From Owenia fusiformis (Eukaryota), in NCBI GenBank assembly GCA_903813345.2, contig CAIIXF020000001.1:26412001-26476000 (forward strand): DNA of 64,000 bases. The letters are read 5' to 3'. Below are positions 51,854-64,000 of the stretch, in pieces (within the stretch, counting starts at the first letter, position 1; each line of letters starts with the position of its first letter). Made by a program: the position numbers and the translations under genes. The notes below the pieces were generated by a model that worked only from the letters and a program-made list of their open reading frames with translations, was not told the origin of the DNA and did not search any database.

Positions 51854-54800
51854 TCAATTGTCCTCCATTTGTCTAGTTTGCTCTAGGATGCTGTTAAGAG
51901 ATGCCATTTGGGTCTTAATATCATTCACCTGGAAAACAATAGCAATTGATTACAATAATTTAATAAAAACCTGCTTGATATAGGGTTCTTATGACCATAA
52001 TATTAACAAAAATTTGAATTTTCAGTTTTGTACAATAATACAATACAAATATGTCATTGAAGTGATCTAGGCATCTTTCACAAATGATATTCCAAGGAAT
52101 TTTCATTAAACTGTGATTATACTGCTAAATTGTTTATGTCGCGAGACCTTTGTTTGGCCAATTATAAATGGCAAGGTTGACAGTGATTGAGCAAATCATT
52201 CAAGGCTTCGCAAAACCTATTGATAAGAAATATCCTCAAAACAAATGTCATGAAACATAGATGATTAAACACAAGGAGCACACGCGTCTCGAACTCACAA
52301 TCTCGTCATCAATATTACATACCTTTTCCTGATATTGCAAGTTTGCCTCTTCAGTATCAAGTCTCGACTTCTTTTTCCTCTTGTCATTCTGTTCTGTTAA
52401 CTTGACCACTTTCAGTTGTAGTTTATCCAGCTTCTGTGTTATAGAGTGGATGAGATCTGAAGTCTGAACCATGCCCTTAAAGGAACACAACAATGAATAC
52501 AAATGAGACTATCATGTGCTTCCATGCCCTAAAGGAACACAACAAGGAATACAAATAAGACTATCAAGTGCTTTTTGTTCTTGAATCACAATCTTGATTG
52601 AACAATCACATGGGGATACAGTGTGTATAAATAGAGATTATCCTATATGAGGTTCAGGATATTGGGATTATCCCGAGGCCAATATAATATATCTGCCCGA
52701 GGGCCGTAGGTCCCGCTGATGAATTTATAAGTTTTTACAAACCGGCTTTATGTACCTGTAACACGTCCAAGTATGGGATAAATATATCTTTGGGCACAGT
52801 TGTGTTGGTCATCCTGTGCAACAATTTCACTGAGTGTAAAACAGTCCAAAGCTTTTTCTAATTATTCAGTACAACTTTTAGGATTTAAAAATAAACCGAT
52901 AGGACAGATTATATCAACAATGACATTATAATATTTATGTGACTAACATACCCTTATTTGCATGAGTATTTTTTGTAGACAACATACTGTTAATAGCATA
53001 TGTATATGTAAGCAAATAACATGTTTTTAATTGCATATGTATTGTATGGAGACAACATACCTTTAATTGCACATTTATTGTATATTTGCCACATTCTCTG
53101 CTAACACTACCCTCATTGACTGAATCATTGTTATTCAGTTGACATTTTGTAAACTGTTGTATAAACCCTCTATATTCATCAAGGTCCCCTGAACTTTGGC
53201 TGCATGTTAAGGTAACTAGAATGGATAGATACGAAAAAGGTGTAAAACACAAAAAAAGACTGCATAAGCTTGCATCTGTTCTCTTCCATGATATTTATTT
53301 GATACAATTAGTGTAATAATTTGAACTCATTGAAAAACTTTAAATATTGATAAATCATATGTGAAATAACAAAAATACTACAGGAAAGACTTCACTTTAC
53401 ATGTATATGTATTTCTGGCATTGTTCAGTGTAGAATAGCTAGTCCAGATACTTACCATTTGGTGAGAGTTTCCAAGACACATTGAAATCCTTCCTGATGG
53501 ACATGATCGTATTCATTATTGCGCGTACATCCTCTACCTCTGACTCTACTTTTGCATTGCTCAACATGAACTACAATGGAACAACCGACATAATAAATTA
53601 AGATAGCATGTGTGTTCATGTCTATTTGCTTTTTTTCGAAATAATTCCCTTACATCTATATCTATCTATATCAATAGTTAATAGCGCACCCTCTATAACA
53701 GCATTTAGAACCATTGCACAATTTTCTTCAAAATCAAAAGAGTAACTTGTATCAACTATTATATGGCTGATTGAGGCATATTACATAATATCAAGAGGAT
53801 TGTATATTAGGTAATGTATTGGTATACAAAAGATATACCTCTTCTGGTCTAGGATAAGGCATGATACATATGCTATCAGTTGTACTGGATTGCCGTGGTA
53901 ACCTTTGGAAGAGCTCTTCAGTAATGAAGGGCATAAATGGATGAAGGACACACAGACATGTTTGAACACAGTGGTACAGGATCTTCCGTTTGGTAGCAAT
54001 CTCCACTGGGTCTTCAGACAAGAATGTTGATTTGGTATATTCCTGTAAAGATTGTTGCTGTAAAATGGTGTATTCAAGTAATAAACTTCTCTACATCTCT
54101 ACACATCTCCAAACAATAATAAGAACGAAATAACTCCGAACATTTATGGCACATTCTATATTACTAAAGCATTGTCATAAATATAAAAGTTTCACTTACT
54201 AGATAAATATCACAGAAGTCTGTCCACCAGAAAAGATAGATGGCTCTGGTAACAAGGTGAAGGTCATATGTGTTGAAACATGCCTCTGCCACATGGACAA
54301 GATTGGAGAGTCGACTCAGTACCCATAAATCCATACTAGACTCATTACCGGTGAGCTAAAAGTAAATATTTTTAATAAAAATATAACCTGAACAAAAGAA
54401 AATTCTTTTTCAATTCAGATTCCAATTTTTGGCATCCAATAATAGAGCAACCCGAGCTCTTAAATCTGATGAAATCATTTTAGTTTGTTACGGTTACAGT
54501 TTATTTCATCAGTTAAATTACGATTACTGCAATGACAAACATGAAAAGGGAGTAAAGTCTTGTATGAAACAAACCTGAAATTTATCATCAGGTTGGAATT
54601 CCAATCCCAAATTATTAGTGACATATCGGAAGGCTTGCCATATCTTGTTGTTAAACCTTTTGTAGCTCTCTGCATGTGTTACATTCATGTTGATAAAGTC
54701 ACCTGAAAAGGCAATAAGTGAGCAATACAATTCCAAAATTGGAATTTATGCAGTGGGAATATAGATGGAGTATAAAGACTCTATAGCATGGGTAATATCA

Positions 54801-55202
54801 TATTCAAATGATTGATGGCATAAAGATGGCTCTAACCATAACTTGATTTGATATGGGGAATCAGATATGAAAGCAAACCGAACAGAATAAGTCTTATGGC
54901 TTAAATTAATTTACTTGTAGGCTTACATCTTGGGTATAGAGGACTATAGGTCTATTAAAAAATTGATGTTGGTTATTCACTTCACTTAAAATTGTAACAA
55001 AAGATGCATCAGTAATAGGTGTATTAGAAAAGTGCCATGATGTTAGTTACTCACTTTTGAAATTGTAAGAACAAAGTGTGAATCTTAACACATCAGCACC
55101 ACACTCTGGTATGCCTTTGGGAAAATCAATTTGTTGACCCTTTATTGCTATGGCAACCTCATCTGGGTCAAGGTTTGAGTTCTTGATAGAAGAATTCAGG
55201 GT
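51854..55202 (-). CDS. VARS2: Valyl-tRNA synthetase, probably mitochondrial; last 8 exons (upstream exons not found in the window)
   Basis: [64 protein letters not shown]. Exons 55055-55202, 54575-54702, 54200-54355, 53839-54042, 53456-53570, 53061-53215, 52323-52475, 51854-51928. VARS2 rather than VARS1 is inferred from RFTLCS and overall divergence. Confidence 0.85.
52638..52781. mobile_element. Internally deleted copy of four-arm element family 1
   Basis: Both ends near-identical to 14985-15061 and ~15457-15526; the middle is lost. Confidence 0.9.
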
Positions 55203-56159
55203 CTAAAAGCAAAAATGTTTGAACTTCATTTTTGTAGTTAATACTGGTCATTCTACATTCTTGGAAACTCTATCTTGATATGTTTAAATAAAATCCAATT
55301 TAGGCTGAAGATTTTTTGAGGATTGGATTGCAAAGTACATGTATTTGATATTTTGTATCTGTGTATCCTTACATATTGTAAGGTGCAATGATTTTAATGG
55401 TCAGATCTTTTTTCATTTTAGGTTACAAACTCACAAATAACTCACAACTCACAAAAATACATATATATTATACATGATCAATCTTCTTTACATGAAGAAT
55501 TTCTTTTAGATCACTGTGACTAGTCGATCTATGTGGATGCTGTCATTTATATGTAATGTTTCATGGGTGCTCGCGTACATTATAGGGAATGGGATTATTG
55601 CAAAAATATGACAGCAAATCGAGGTAAGTGATCTCAGAGTTTCTACTTAACATTGTGACTTGAAATCTTGCATACATATTCAATATACATAGTATGACAA
55701 TGTGTGAAAGTTTCAGCTACCATATTCCTGTTATAGAGAAGATATTTGAAAAACATTTCGTTAACGTCAACATATATGTATAAAATGGATGCACCTATGT
55801 ATCATTTGGATTCAGAACGGTAACAAATGGATGCTTTAATAAATCATACTTTATCATGATGATTTATTTACTGATGGACAACTGGCCAGATTTTCTTTGT
55901 ATACATTGTTCGGATAAACATTCCTTATTCATTAAAGTAATTAGCCACCCCATTACAAGTAGTCTAAAGACACCCTCATGAAAAATTGAAGATACTATAT
56001 ATAAACCCATCAACTGGAAAATGCCATTACAGATGAAATAAAGGACCCACGGTCCTGCTCACACAGTGTAGAACCTTCAGAGGAATGTATATCCTGATTT
56101 TCAAACAAAAGTATTGGTAAATATGGGATCAATGAAAGATGAGTCCTTTGTTGTTGGTT

Positions 56160-57093
56160 CAGATATGATTTGTTGTAGTCAAAGGAAAAACTATGAATTT
56201 GACCTAGATTTTGACCTAGGCCTTTTAGTGTCAAAATTTTGAAGGAAAGTAGATTTTGAGGGCGGCTTCTATTGTAGATTCTTATTAAGTTGGCTGCATC
56301 CAAGCTGTATCTAGTGTTGTGTTGTTACAATTTATAATTTTCTCAAGCCCCATTGACTTAACATGGGATACCAAAATAGCGATTTTTGAGATTTCAAAAT
56401 GACATAACTTCCGAACCGGAAGTCGGATCAAAATCTGGTTTGCAGATTCGGATTCTTTGGACAATTCTACACATATTTCATAACTCATACATTGAATTCC
56501 AAGAAGTTTTTATTGTGACCTACTTTTCGGATGCCTATCTCAAAAACGGTAAGAGTGATCAAAAACAACTTGCCTGTAGGGATTAGCTTTTTCCAAGGAA
56601 CATGATTAAAAAAACGGAGCAAAAATATTGAAGGACGACTGAGAAAATCGAAAAAATGACAAAGTACTGGATTTGACCTAGTTCTTGACCTTTGACCTAG
56701 ATAAAACCTGATTAGACCTAGATCTGGACTTGGACCTGAACTGGACCTTGACTTGGACCTGGACCTGGACTTGGACCTGGAAATGGACTGGACTGGTATT
56801 TTTTCAATGTTTTCTTCACTTCCCTTGACTTTCTATAAGGCTATCATCAAATCGATTTTTCTCGAAATTTAAAAATCAGCAATTTCTCGGAAACCGGGCG
56901 AACTTGGGAAATGGCGATGATAGGTCAAATAGACATTATGGATATGCATAAAATGAATGTGGAAATGACTCAATCCGAATAGCAGTTTTAATTTGAGCAG
57001 CAAATGTTGACAGACGGACAGACCAACGGATGGACGGACGGACCAATTGAAGGATGCCTGGTCGATCCCATAGGCTTACTGTGTGAGCCAAAA
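56160..57093. mobile_element. Helentron-associated (HINE-like) material nested in the CACTGTG element
   Basis: 56160-56705 is an inverted relative of the ~476-bp repeat family at 60900-62620. (GGACCT/GGACTT)n at ~56720-56795. (GACG)n plus stem-loop GGCTTACTGTGTGAGCC-AAAA end at 57010-57093. Confidence 0.6.
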
Positions 57094-57245
57094 ACTATGG
57101 TTTTATCGCTAATACTGTTAATTTGAAAAACGGGTCCATAACATGTAATGATGACAATGAAAATGCTGAAATTAAGTACGCCAATGAAGTGAATTCAGAG
57201 CAAAAGACCCATCGACCCACTGGAATACCCACAAATCAAGTTTCA

Positions 57246-57794
57246 TAGCCTTGCCCAAGTCGGTCTCTTTTACTTATTTTGATTTCAATTATGACCGCAT
57301 TGTACCCAAGAGAAAGCCACATGCTTTACCGACCCAATGTTTTTGTCGGTAAAATTTGACAAATCAACGACGAGCCTACATTGACGGACTAGGTCTTCGT
57401 GCATTTCTTCGAGAATTCAGTTTTGATTTTGAATCAACATTGAATTGCATGATTTCATATAGACGAGTATTAATGACTGCTTACATTCCAATGTACATTT
57501 AATAGATCAGATCAGATCATTGAATTTCAAGTCCTAGACGGGTAGTTTGCTTTTTTTATGCAGGTCAACCTGATAACGTTTTGATTGGTCAATCAGCCTG
57601 AAGTCACACGTTGTGTCCATGTCCATATTGTCAATCAATATGGTTTTGCGATACCGTTAGGTAGCCTAGGTATTATGGGAATCTCGAAACCGCTGAATAA
57701 CTTAGCATAATATCAGCAATGATGCATTGGATTGTTTATGGTTGTAATAATTAAAGATCAGATAAGTAAATAAATACCGACTTGGGCAAGGCTA
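57246..57794. mobile_element. MITE with TAG...CTA termini and 9-bp TSD
   Basis: 19-bp TIR TAGCCTTGCCCAAGTCGGT / ACCGACTTGGGCAAGGCTA; CAAGTTTCA duplicated at 57237-57245 and 57795-57803. Confidence 0.88.
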
Positions 57795-59139
57795 CAAGTT
57801 TCAGAGCCATTAACATTCCTTGAAAGTGACAATGAGCAGCCAACAGATGGACCATCCGTAAATCTTGATGATTTTGTCAGCTCAGCTGAACGAGCCTCCA
57901 GATTCCTTGAAACAAATGACCATAATTCAAGAATGATATTATCTATTTACAATTTTTTGAAATCGTGGTAAGTGGAATCTTTCCAATTACTAATAAAGCA
58001 TTATTATTGTTTTTTGACACTGTGGATTAAAATATTAAAAATACACACATTCAAAATGATTCAATTGAAACCTAGCCAGTCTGTTCAATGAATCCAATCA
58101 GAACGTCTACTAATCCACATGATACATCATAATTAAATTGCTTTTTTAAAGCGGATATTTCATACCATAACCCCAAAAATATTATAGAACGCATTGTATT
58201 TGTATTTTACTTCACACAGACATATTTGTGTATATGTGAAATAATTATATTACTTGAATTTTTTATTCCCCATTACAAGGTAAACCTATAGCAAATTATA
58301 CAGCCTTCTCACAGCTGTGAGCGAGATGATAAAACTGGTCGAGTGAACTCGTTTGAGTTATCTATTCTCCGTAAAAATATCAGAGAATGTGTGTTTATAG
58401 CGTAGCTTTGGTTTTGTAAATCAATGAAGTATGATATACACGGATGAATAAATATATATTATTTAAACAGAAGAGCAAAATTCTTCCATTGAAAAGTACA
58501 GAGGCGGGTACTCACGAAACATTACATGTGCCTGACTGCATCCACATAGATCGACTAGCCACAGTGTTAGATAGTCAATTTGGTTATGAGTTTATTTACA
58601 AGAATCACTCGTATAACATAGAGAGATCATAATAGACAAGAAATCAATATTACTGAGTTACTTCATGTACACTTGTTCAATATATTGATTTGTATACTAT
58701 AATAGAATTTTGCTTACGATTAGAGTTAAGTTAATAAAAAGATGGCAGTTAACTCAATCTGATTCTTAATCATGGGAATTTATGTAAGGGGATTCCCCAA
58801 AAGCCTGCAGAAATTAGGAACAACCCTAGACGGTCTAGACAGATAGCCATAATAATTACCCCTGTAATTACTTTGATACACAGACTACACAACATTCCTA
58901 ATGCTAAGATGGCCCCAAAGACAAAAGGTGGGTAAATAAATTTGAGGTAAACCTATAATGAAAAAGTATTTCTACTAAAATCCCAAGCAATTTATATTTT
59001 CTTAACTGTTTTTTTCCTGTGAAAATTGCCATTGAATCCCTCATTGAAAGAAGTCTTTATGTGCCAAATTTGAGAGCAATCAGTTCCTCTATTTAAGAAA
59101 ACTATTGAAGAAATTGAGGGTTGCAATTTCTAGGGTCTA

Positions 59140-59352
59140 AATCTACCCCAAACTACCGTTTTTTCAAATATCTACTGTAAAATCTACCATTTTTCGAAAA
59201 TCTACAGTAAAAACGCATGTTTTTTACAATCTACCGCGAAAACTACCTTCTTTAAAATATCGATCGTAAAAACTACCATTTTTTAAAAATCGACCATAAA
59301 AACTCCTGTTTTTATCAAAATCTACCGCAATTTTCAAAAAATCTCCCGCAAA
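59140..59352 (+). repeat. Degenerate ~30-bp minisatellite
   Basis: About 6-7 units like AAACTACCATTTTTTAAAAATCTACCGTAA. Confidence 0.7.
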
Positions 59353-60899
59353 TTTTTCATTTTAAGTTGGCGGGTCTGATAAAGCAAAAACAAAGTTTTG
59401 GCGACATTTCAATTCTCATGAAAATGACCCTGCTATTAGGGAGCAATAAAACTAATAATGTGTGTCACCTTGCAGGATTGGGAAGACATGGATTGTCAAA
59501 CAATCAGAAGAGGAGGATCAAAACAAAGACAAATAAATTAAGTGCTGATTCCATACAATTAGACAATGGGAAACGTAAAGCAGGATCCCACGAAAAAGGT
59601 AGGTTAATGCTTTAAGAATTTGACACTCCTTGAGAAAGTGGATGCCTAGTGACAATTTTTTTAATTTAAAATTGTATACATACAATGTACAATGTATATA
59701 TTGTAGAGCTATAATCCATGTTTAGGTATAATTTTTTCTTTTCTGAGCCTTTAATAAAGGCTATAAATTATATATGATAAACATTTAACTTTCTTTACGC
59801 AGGGCCTCTAAAGTGAGGCTGAAAAGGACAAATCAGTCTCTGGGTACAAGTGAGTTAATATGTCTTTGAACTGTTTTCTTTAATCCAGTGGCAGCTACAC
59901 ACAATAGATGGTCTAGGTTTTTCAGATTGGCTCTTGATAATAATGTCACTACATGCACCACTGTGATAATCATAAAATGAAAAACATCCCAGCCTTAATT
60001 TCCAGACTCGGGAAATATAGTTATTATCTCAAGAAAAATTGGCAGTGATAATTTTCCAGGCAGAGTTCTGAAGAGGCAAAGACTAGAATATGTTGAAGGA
60101 GCAAGACAGAGTCTACAAGAGGAAACCAACCTTGAGGTTAAGAGATGGAAGGAAGTCTGTGAAGAGAGAGATGAGTTGAAATCAAAAATTGAAGATCTTA
60201 AGCTGAGGCTAAGTGAAAAGGACAATGATATAGATATTATTAAGGACAGTGAGGAAAAGTTGAAGAAATTAAATGTAAAATTAATGGGATTTCTGCAAAC
60301 TTCTGGTGAAGAGATTGATCAATCAAATATATGTATAGAAAAGTGTGAAGGGAAGTTAAATGACATGTTGAATGATAATCAAGTGCTTGATCAAAGGTGT
60401 GCTTTGCTTGAACAAAATAAAAAAATAAAAAAGGTTGATGAATTGAACAAAACCCTGAAAAATAAAAGCAAGAATATCTTGAATATGAGTCAAGAACACT
60501 TCCATGAAGAAACCAAATCAAAGATTTTTTCAATTTTAACATTTTTTATATGTCTATGTCTACTATTCTTCCTGCATGTTTCCAGCTTAGATAGAGGAAA
60601 ATTTACAGCATCAGCAGGATCAGAGTTCTCTACTTTGGACTTCAAATCAACTGATCACAACACAATTGAATCAAAATTAGCCTTATTTAGGAGCCTTAAT
60701 AGGAGGCCCCCCAACGATATATTATTTAATATTATTATTAGACTCCAGATGAAAATCTGGAGTCTATTGCTTTTGCCAGTTTTCTTTATTATTATTATTT
60801 TTCTTCCTCCTTCCCAGATTTCTCACTAACTAGAAGAGCTTACTTTAAGCTGCTTACATGACTAACTAGGGAATGTATCTGGGATGATGGGAAATTAGG

Positions 60900-62625
60900 T
60901 CAAATTTTTATCTAGGTCAAAGGTCAAGAACTAGGTCAAATCTTGCATTTTCAACATTCTTTCAATTATCTTCGTCGTTATTTATTGAAACAACTTTGTC
61001 TTTTTTTCATCATGTAGCTTAGAAACAGCTCTTTCAAAGATATGCCATCAGATTTTTAATTACTCGTACCGATTTTGAGATATGGCGTCCGGAAAGTAGG
61101 TCAGAACAAAAAGTTCTCCAAATTCAACATGTGAGCTATGAAATAAGTGTAGAATGATCTCAGGAACCTGAATCTGCAAACCAAATTTCGATCCGACATC
61201 TAGTACGGAAGTTTTGGTGTTTTGAAAGCTCAAAAATCGCTAAATTTGGTGCCCATGTTAAGTCAATGGGAAAAAAGATTTTTTTGAAGTGAAAAATACA
61301 AAATATAGACTGAGTTCAGCTAAATATAATGAAAGCTTTTAAAAGAAGGGGACCTCATAAGCCATCTAGCTTCAAAATTTGGACACCAAAATGCCTTGGT
61401 CAAAATCTAGGTCAAATTCAAAGTTTTTCCTTATTTTTGCGATTCTGACACTACACTTTAATTATATTCTTCGAAATTGTGTATACATGTAGCCAAGAGT
61501 GTACTAATAGTGTTAGCCTTTTGCAATCAGGAAGTATTTTGACCCACTTTTGAGATATGGTGTCCCAAAAGTAGGTCAAAATAAAAAAATCTTCAAATTT
61601 AACGTATAAGTTATGAATTAGGGGTAGAATTTTATCAGGAATCCGAATCTGCAAACCAAATTTTGATTTGACCTCCTGTTCGGAAGTTATGGCGTTTTGA
61701 AAGCTCAAAAATAGCTAAATTTGCTGCCCCATATTATGTCAATGGGAAAAAAGATTTTTTGAAGTGTAAAATACGAGATATAGACTGAGTACAGCTTAAT
61801 ATAATGAAAGCCTATTAAAGAAGGGGACCTCGAAGGCTACTTAGCTCCAAAATTTGGACACCAAAATGCCTAGGTCAAAATTTAGGTCAAATTTATAGTT
61901 TTCCCTTATTTTTGCGATTCTGACACTATATATAAATGATTTGCTTTAAAATTTTGTATACAGATAGCAAAGAGTATGCTAATAGTGTTAGCGTTTTGCC
62001 GTCAAAAAGTAGTATTTTGACCCAATTTTGAGATATGGTGTCTGAAAAGTAGGCCAAAATAAAAAGTTTTCCAAATTTAACGTATGAGTTATGAATTAAG
62101 GGTAGAATCTTCTCAGGAATCCAGATCTGCCAACCAAATTTAGATCCGACTACTTGTTCTGAAGTTATGGCATTTTGAAATCTCAAAAATCGCTAAATTT
62201 GGTGCCCCATGTTAAATCAATAGGACCGAATAATTTTTTGAAGTGAAAAAATACAAGATATACATGTAGAATGAGTACAGCTAAACATAATGAAAGCCCA
62301 TAGAAGAAGGGGACCTTAAAAGCTACTTTCCTTCAAAATTTGGACACCAAAATACCTAGCTCAAAATCTAGGTCAAATTCATAGTTTTTTCTTATTTTGC
62401 GATTCTGACACTACACTATGATATTCTCCGAAATTGTGTATACTTGTAGCAAAGAGTGTGCTAATAATGTTAACATTTTGCCGTAAAGTTTTTTGACCCA
62501 CTTTTGAGATATGGTGTCCGAAATGTAGGTCAAAAAAAAAAGTTCTCCAAATTTAACGTATGAGTTATGAATTAGGGGTAGAATTTCCTCAGGAATCCGG
62601 ATCTGAAATTAAAATTGCAATCCGA
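60900..62625 (+). repeat. Tandem array of ~476-bp units (about 3.5 copies)
   Basis: TTGAGATATGG(C/T)GTC recurs at about 61075, 61550, 62028 and 62503; CAAAATCTAGGTCAAATT recurs with the same period. Confidence 0.9.
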
Positions 62626-62736
62626 TCCCCGGTTAAGATTCTACGCCATTTTGAAGTTTGAAATTCGCACTTGCCAGTATTCACGATGCTGATTGATCAA
62701 ATATACTTTCAAAAATTCCTGCATACCCTACTTTAC

Positions 62737-62955
62737 CTCCCTACCTACTCAGCTACTTATTTGCTTACTTACTCAATTACTTAATTAGTTATTACTTACT
62801 TAGCAACTTACTCAGCTACTAACTCAGGTACTTATTCAGCTACTTACTCAGCTACCTACTCAGCTTTTTACTCAGTTACTTACTCAGCTACTTACTCAAC
62901 TACTACTAAGGTACTTACTCAGCTAATTACTCAGTTACTTACTCAGCTCTTTACT
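62737..62955 (+). repeat. 12-bp minisatellite (TACTCAGCTACT)n
   Basis: Directly visible degenerate tandem units. Confidence 0.85.
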
Positions 62956-63289
62956 GATCTATCTAGGTCAAATAAATCTGGAGTCTTAAATTGAACTTGT
63001 TCAATTTCACAAATCTAGTTATTATTATTATTTATTCTTCTCTGCACACCTACTTCTAACTAGATTTCAACTATCTACTATATGAACCTACTAGGGACCT
63101 AGGTTGAACTTACCGGGAAAGGAATTTTTATCTAGGTCAAGGTCAAAGGTCAAAATCTAGGTCAAATTAAAGTTTTTTCTAAGTTTCTCAGATTTCATCC
63201 TCATACTTCATTATTTCTTGCGATGAATTAAAATGTAACTAGATATAAGCATTCCCTACAAATTACTCACTATATGAGATAATTGACGT

Positions 63290-64000
63290 CAAAAAACGGT
63301 AAAAATTGGTCATTTTTCAACTTGCTTCAAATTGACCAAATTTTTTTTTAAAAATCATCTACAAGTTCTCAGGAACTCAAATCTGACCTTAGTTTTGACC
63401 TTTGACCTTTGGTTGACCTTCAGTGACCTTCGAAAGGTCAAAAAAGTTGATTTTTCAAATTGATTTTCTGGATTCGAATTTAGGTACATTTGATCACAAA
63501 AGACCCACTGAGGTCTAAAAAAGTAAAATTTGCAAGGTCAAAGGTCAAGGTCATCAAACTAAATCACAAACTGTGTTTTCTAAGTTTGTAAGTTTTGGTG
63601 ACTACAAATCAATATTTTATCATGAAAGTCAGGATATATATTCCTCTATAGGTTCTACACATATTAGCAATTGACTATTCATTAAAATTGTGTACCAGTT
63701 TTGAGATATTAGAACTCAAAAACTGAAAAAAGGTCAAATTTCGAAACTTTTCAAGACTAAATTTCAACTTGCTTCAAATTGACCAAATTTTTTTTAAAAC
63801 TCATCTACAAGTTCTCAGGATTCCAAATCTGACCTCACTTTTGACCTTTGACCTTTCGTTGACCTTCAGTGACCTCCGAAAGGTCAAAAAAGTTGATTTT
63901 TCAAATCGATTTTCTGGATTCAAATTTAGGTATATTTATTCACAAAAGACCTTCTAAGGTCTAAAAAAGTAAAATTTGCAAGGTCAAAGGTCAAGGTCAT
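63290..64000 (+). repeat. Second tandem family, ~447-bp period, running off the window end
   Basis: CAACTTGCTTCAAATTGACCAAATTTT at about 63318 and 63766; downstream TGACCTT/AAGGTCA-rich segments are duplicated. Confidence 0.85.

Larger units (their letters stand above)
55512..58566. mobile_element. 3.05-kb non-autonomous DNA transposon with CACTGTG termini and 6-bp TSD
   Basis: CACTGTGACTAGTCGATCTATGTGGATGCTGTCA ... TGACTGCATCCACATAGATCGACTAGCCACAGTG; TTAGAT at 55506-55511 and 58567-58572. Confidence 0.88.

Noticed and set aside
60530-60829. Hydrophobic 'transmembrane' tail of the 217-aa ORF
   Set aside because: It derives from T-rich sequence and the (ATT)n head of the adjacent repeat element; probably fortuitous readthrough.
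61451-62186. Similar ORFs (MRFQNAITSE...) here and at 56386
   Set aside because: They are translations of the same satellite unit, with non-ATG starts and no protein motif.

Overview
AT-rich, intron-containing eukaryotic DNA from an invertebrate animal, plausibly a spiralian (inferred, not determined). I assembled spliced genes by hand from GT-AG boundaries: SMC2 (-, 13 exons, runs off the left edge), CFAP410/C21orf2 (+, head-to-head with SMC2), HUS1 (-), tRNA-Arg(CCG), a non-muscle myosin essential light chain (-) whose ATG lies only 79 bp from the ATG of ACOX1 (+, 14 exons, C-terminal SKL), and the 3' part of a probably mitochondrial valyl-tRNA synthetase (-). ACOX1 intron 10 holds an intact, intronless, same-strand DEG/ENaC channel gene with altered HG and GxS motifs. 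ACOX1 intron 4 holds a deleted LINE, and the acceptor plus 5' part of exon 8 is triplicated. Introns are full of non-autonomous DNA elements with readable TIRs and target-site duplications (TSDs). The most striking are three sequence-unrelated ~500-540 bp elements with the same four-arm design (~140 bp hairpin, 5-nt spacer, second inverted-repeat segment), which recalls tyrosine-recombinase sites. Coordinates were counted by eye and may be off by a few bases.
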